This document shows positions 62,444 to 64,000 of a stretch of 64,000 nucleotides of DNA, one piece after another. Origin of the DNA: Halarcobacter sp. (GTDB taxonomy: Bacteria > Campylobacterota > Campylobacteria > Campylobacterales > Arcobacteraceae); contig OY781089.1 of NCBI GenBank assembly GCA_963676565.1, forward strand, positions 1,664,001 to 1,728,000, written 5' to 3'. Within the stretch, counting starts at the first letter, position 1. Each line of letters starts with the position of its first letter. The notes beneath the pieces were generated by a model. That model saw only the letters and a program-made list of their open reading frames with translations, was not told the DNA's origin and did not search any database. Position numbers and translations under genes: made by a program.

Positions 62444-63406
62444 TTATTTTAAATCTTCAAACTCAATAGTTACAGGCATCCCTTGTCTAATATTATCATC
62501 GGGATTTTGTAAAATCAGTCTAATTCTATAAACTAATTGTGTTCTTAACTCTTCTGTTTGTACACTTTTTGGTGTAAACTCTGCTTGTGCAGATATAAAA
62601 CTAACTTTTGCTTTATATTTTTTATCTGTACTATCGGTTGTAACTATTGCAGTGCTGTTAGGTTTAATTAAGCCTAAATATTTTTCGTCAATATAAGATC
62701 TAACCCAATACTCATTTGTAATTGCTAAATCTATTATAGGAGTTCCTTTGTTAACTATAGCTCCTATTTCATAAGCTCTTGTTAAAACTATACCATCATT
62801 TGGTGCATATAGTTTTGTATCTTTTATATTTATTTTTGCAAGACTTTCTTGGGCTTTTAATGATTCAAGTTTCCCCTCTGCCATCATTATATCTTCAGTT
62901 TGGTATCCATTTTCAAGTTCATCTAAGGCACTTTTAGTGTATGTAACTTGTGCTTTTGAAACTTCATAAGCAAATTTATAGTCTTCAAAGGTTTGCTTTG
63001 AGATTGATTGACTATCATATAGTTTTTTGAATCTTTCATAATCTTTTTTACTCTTTTTAAGTTCAACTAGACTTTTTTCATAGGAAGCTTTTGCTTTTTG
63101 AATCTCTTCAATTCTATAACCTTTTTTTAGTTTTAAAATATTTGATTCTTGAACTTTGATTTGAGCTTGAATCTCTTTTAATGCTTCATTGTAAATATCA
63201 TCATCAAGTTCAACTATTAAATCATCTTTATTGACAAATTGCCCCTCATCAAAGTAGATATTTTTTATTTTACCTGATACTCTATGTCCTAAACTTACAG
63301 TTCGTAAATCTATATTTCCATAGAATTTTGTTTCTTCTTCTTTTTTTGAACATGCTAAAAAAATCATTGAGATTAAAATTGGGAGTAAAAGTAGTTTTAT
63401 TTTCAT
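62444..63406 (-). CDS. HlyD-family membrane fusion lipoprotein (YbhG-like)
   Basis: Lipobox FLAC, coiled-coil hairpin, AEFTPKSVQT.ELR..LVYR, GMP. Confidence 0.92.
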   Translation of the reverse strand: MKIKLLLLPILISMIFLACSKKEEETKFYGNIDLRTVSLGHRVSGKIKNIYFDEGQFVNKDDLIVELDDDIYNEALKEIQAQIKVQESNILKLKKGYRIEEIQKAKASYEKSLVELKKSKKDYERFKKLYDSQSISKQTFEDYKFAYEVSKAQVTYTKSALDELENGYQTEDIMMAEGKLESLKAQESLAKINIKDTKLYAPNDGIVLTRAYEIGAIVNKGTPIIDLAITNEYWVRSYIDEKYLGLIKPNSTAIVTTDSTDKKYKAKVSFISAQAEFTPKSVQTEELRTQLVYRIRLILQNPDDNIRQGMPVTIEFEDLK

Positions 63407-63506
63407 AATAAAGCCTTGTAGTCTGTTATAAAATTATTATAACCAATTGTGAGTTAATAGAAATTTACTTTTTTTTATTATTTTTCTAATTTATGGGGCA
63501 TTAATT

Positions 63507-64000
63507 TTATAAATGCCCAGTTTTTACAAAGATTATGGTCTCCTCTTTTACATAAGGATGATGTCTACTTAGATGAGGACTTCTAAGCCAAGTACCAATT
63601 TTATACTCACCATGTTCATCTATAAAAGTTCCTTTTAAAACAAGTATCTCTTCACCTCCCCAGTGTGTATGGGGAATAAAAATCTCATCCTTTGGCCATT
63701 TTACTAAAGCTGTTTGGTCTGATAAAGGCATCACTTGTAAATTACCTTGTCCTTGTAACCATTGAGTATTTGATGTATCAACGATTGAAGTTTCTATTGT
63801 ATTTTGAGAATAATTTATTTTTTTAAAAATTTCACAGTTATTAGAAGTAGTGATTTTTGATTCATCCTCTTTAGGAAGCTTTAGATAAGTTCCTTTTTCA
63901 AAATCTCCATACTCATTTGAATATGTACCAGCTAAGATAAATATCTCTACACTATTAATTCTTTTACTATTTTTAAAGCTTGAATCTTTGTCAAATTTAA
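63507..64000 (-). CDS. ChrR-like tandem cupin protein, 5-prime end outside the window
   Basis: Frame stays open from 63507 to the window end (checked codon by codon); C-terminal cupin PHTHWGGEEILVL.GTF.DEHG.Y..GTW.RSP, KTGHL. Confidence 0.85.
   Translation of the reverse strand, partial: KFDKDSSFKNSKRINSVEIFILAGTYSNEYGDFEKGTYLKLPKEDESKITTSNNCEIFKKINYSQNTIETSIVDTSNTQWLQGQGNLQVMPLSDQTALVKWPKDEIFIPHTHWGGEEILVLKGTFIDEHGEYKIGTWLRSPHLSRHHPYVKEETIIFVKTGHL

Noticed and set aside
1..64000. tRNA, rRNA, riboswitch, CRISPR, prophage, phase-variable poly-G/C tracts
   Set aside because: None recognised by eye; intergenic gaps are short and AT-rich. An Infernal/tRNAscan run would be needed to exclude small RNAs

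Overview
Very AT-rich bacterial chromosome segment. Gene content and protein sequences point to Campylobacterota, most likely Arcobacteraceae (an inference, not a database result). 1-10.4 kb is the S10-spc ribosomal protein cluster (end of rpsJ to rplO, then secY, map, infA). It lacks rpmD, and the rpmJ/alpha-operon genes do not follow infA. The rest is mostly housekeeping, signalling and stress genes: a GGDEF cyclase, a family-4 UDG-like protein, aspS, an 858-aa soluble tandem-Cache/CheW protein, a YgiQ radical SAM, two divergent adenylate kinases, alr, uvrC, plsC, an MsrA-thioredoxin-MsrB fusion abutting a SRAP gene, gpx, a lactate permease, bioA, a PAS + NIT chemoreceptor pair, xth, a two-component system beside a TAXI-TRAP/LUD operon, and a YbhGFSR-type ABC exporter. 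A mosaic accessory patch at about 28.6-33.8 kb holds orphan membrane/secreted genes, gene remnants and a 233-bp inverted-repeat element carrying a RAYT-like transposase stub. The most notable observations are a SRAP/YedK homologue with Pro in place of the catalytic Cys2, the tandem (MCP-tip-like + Cache) x2 + CheW protein, the mini RAYT element, and several operator-like repeats. No rRNA, tRNA or CRISPR array was seen.
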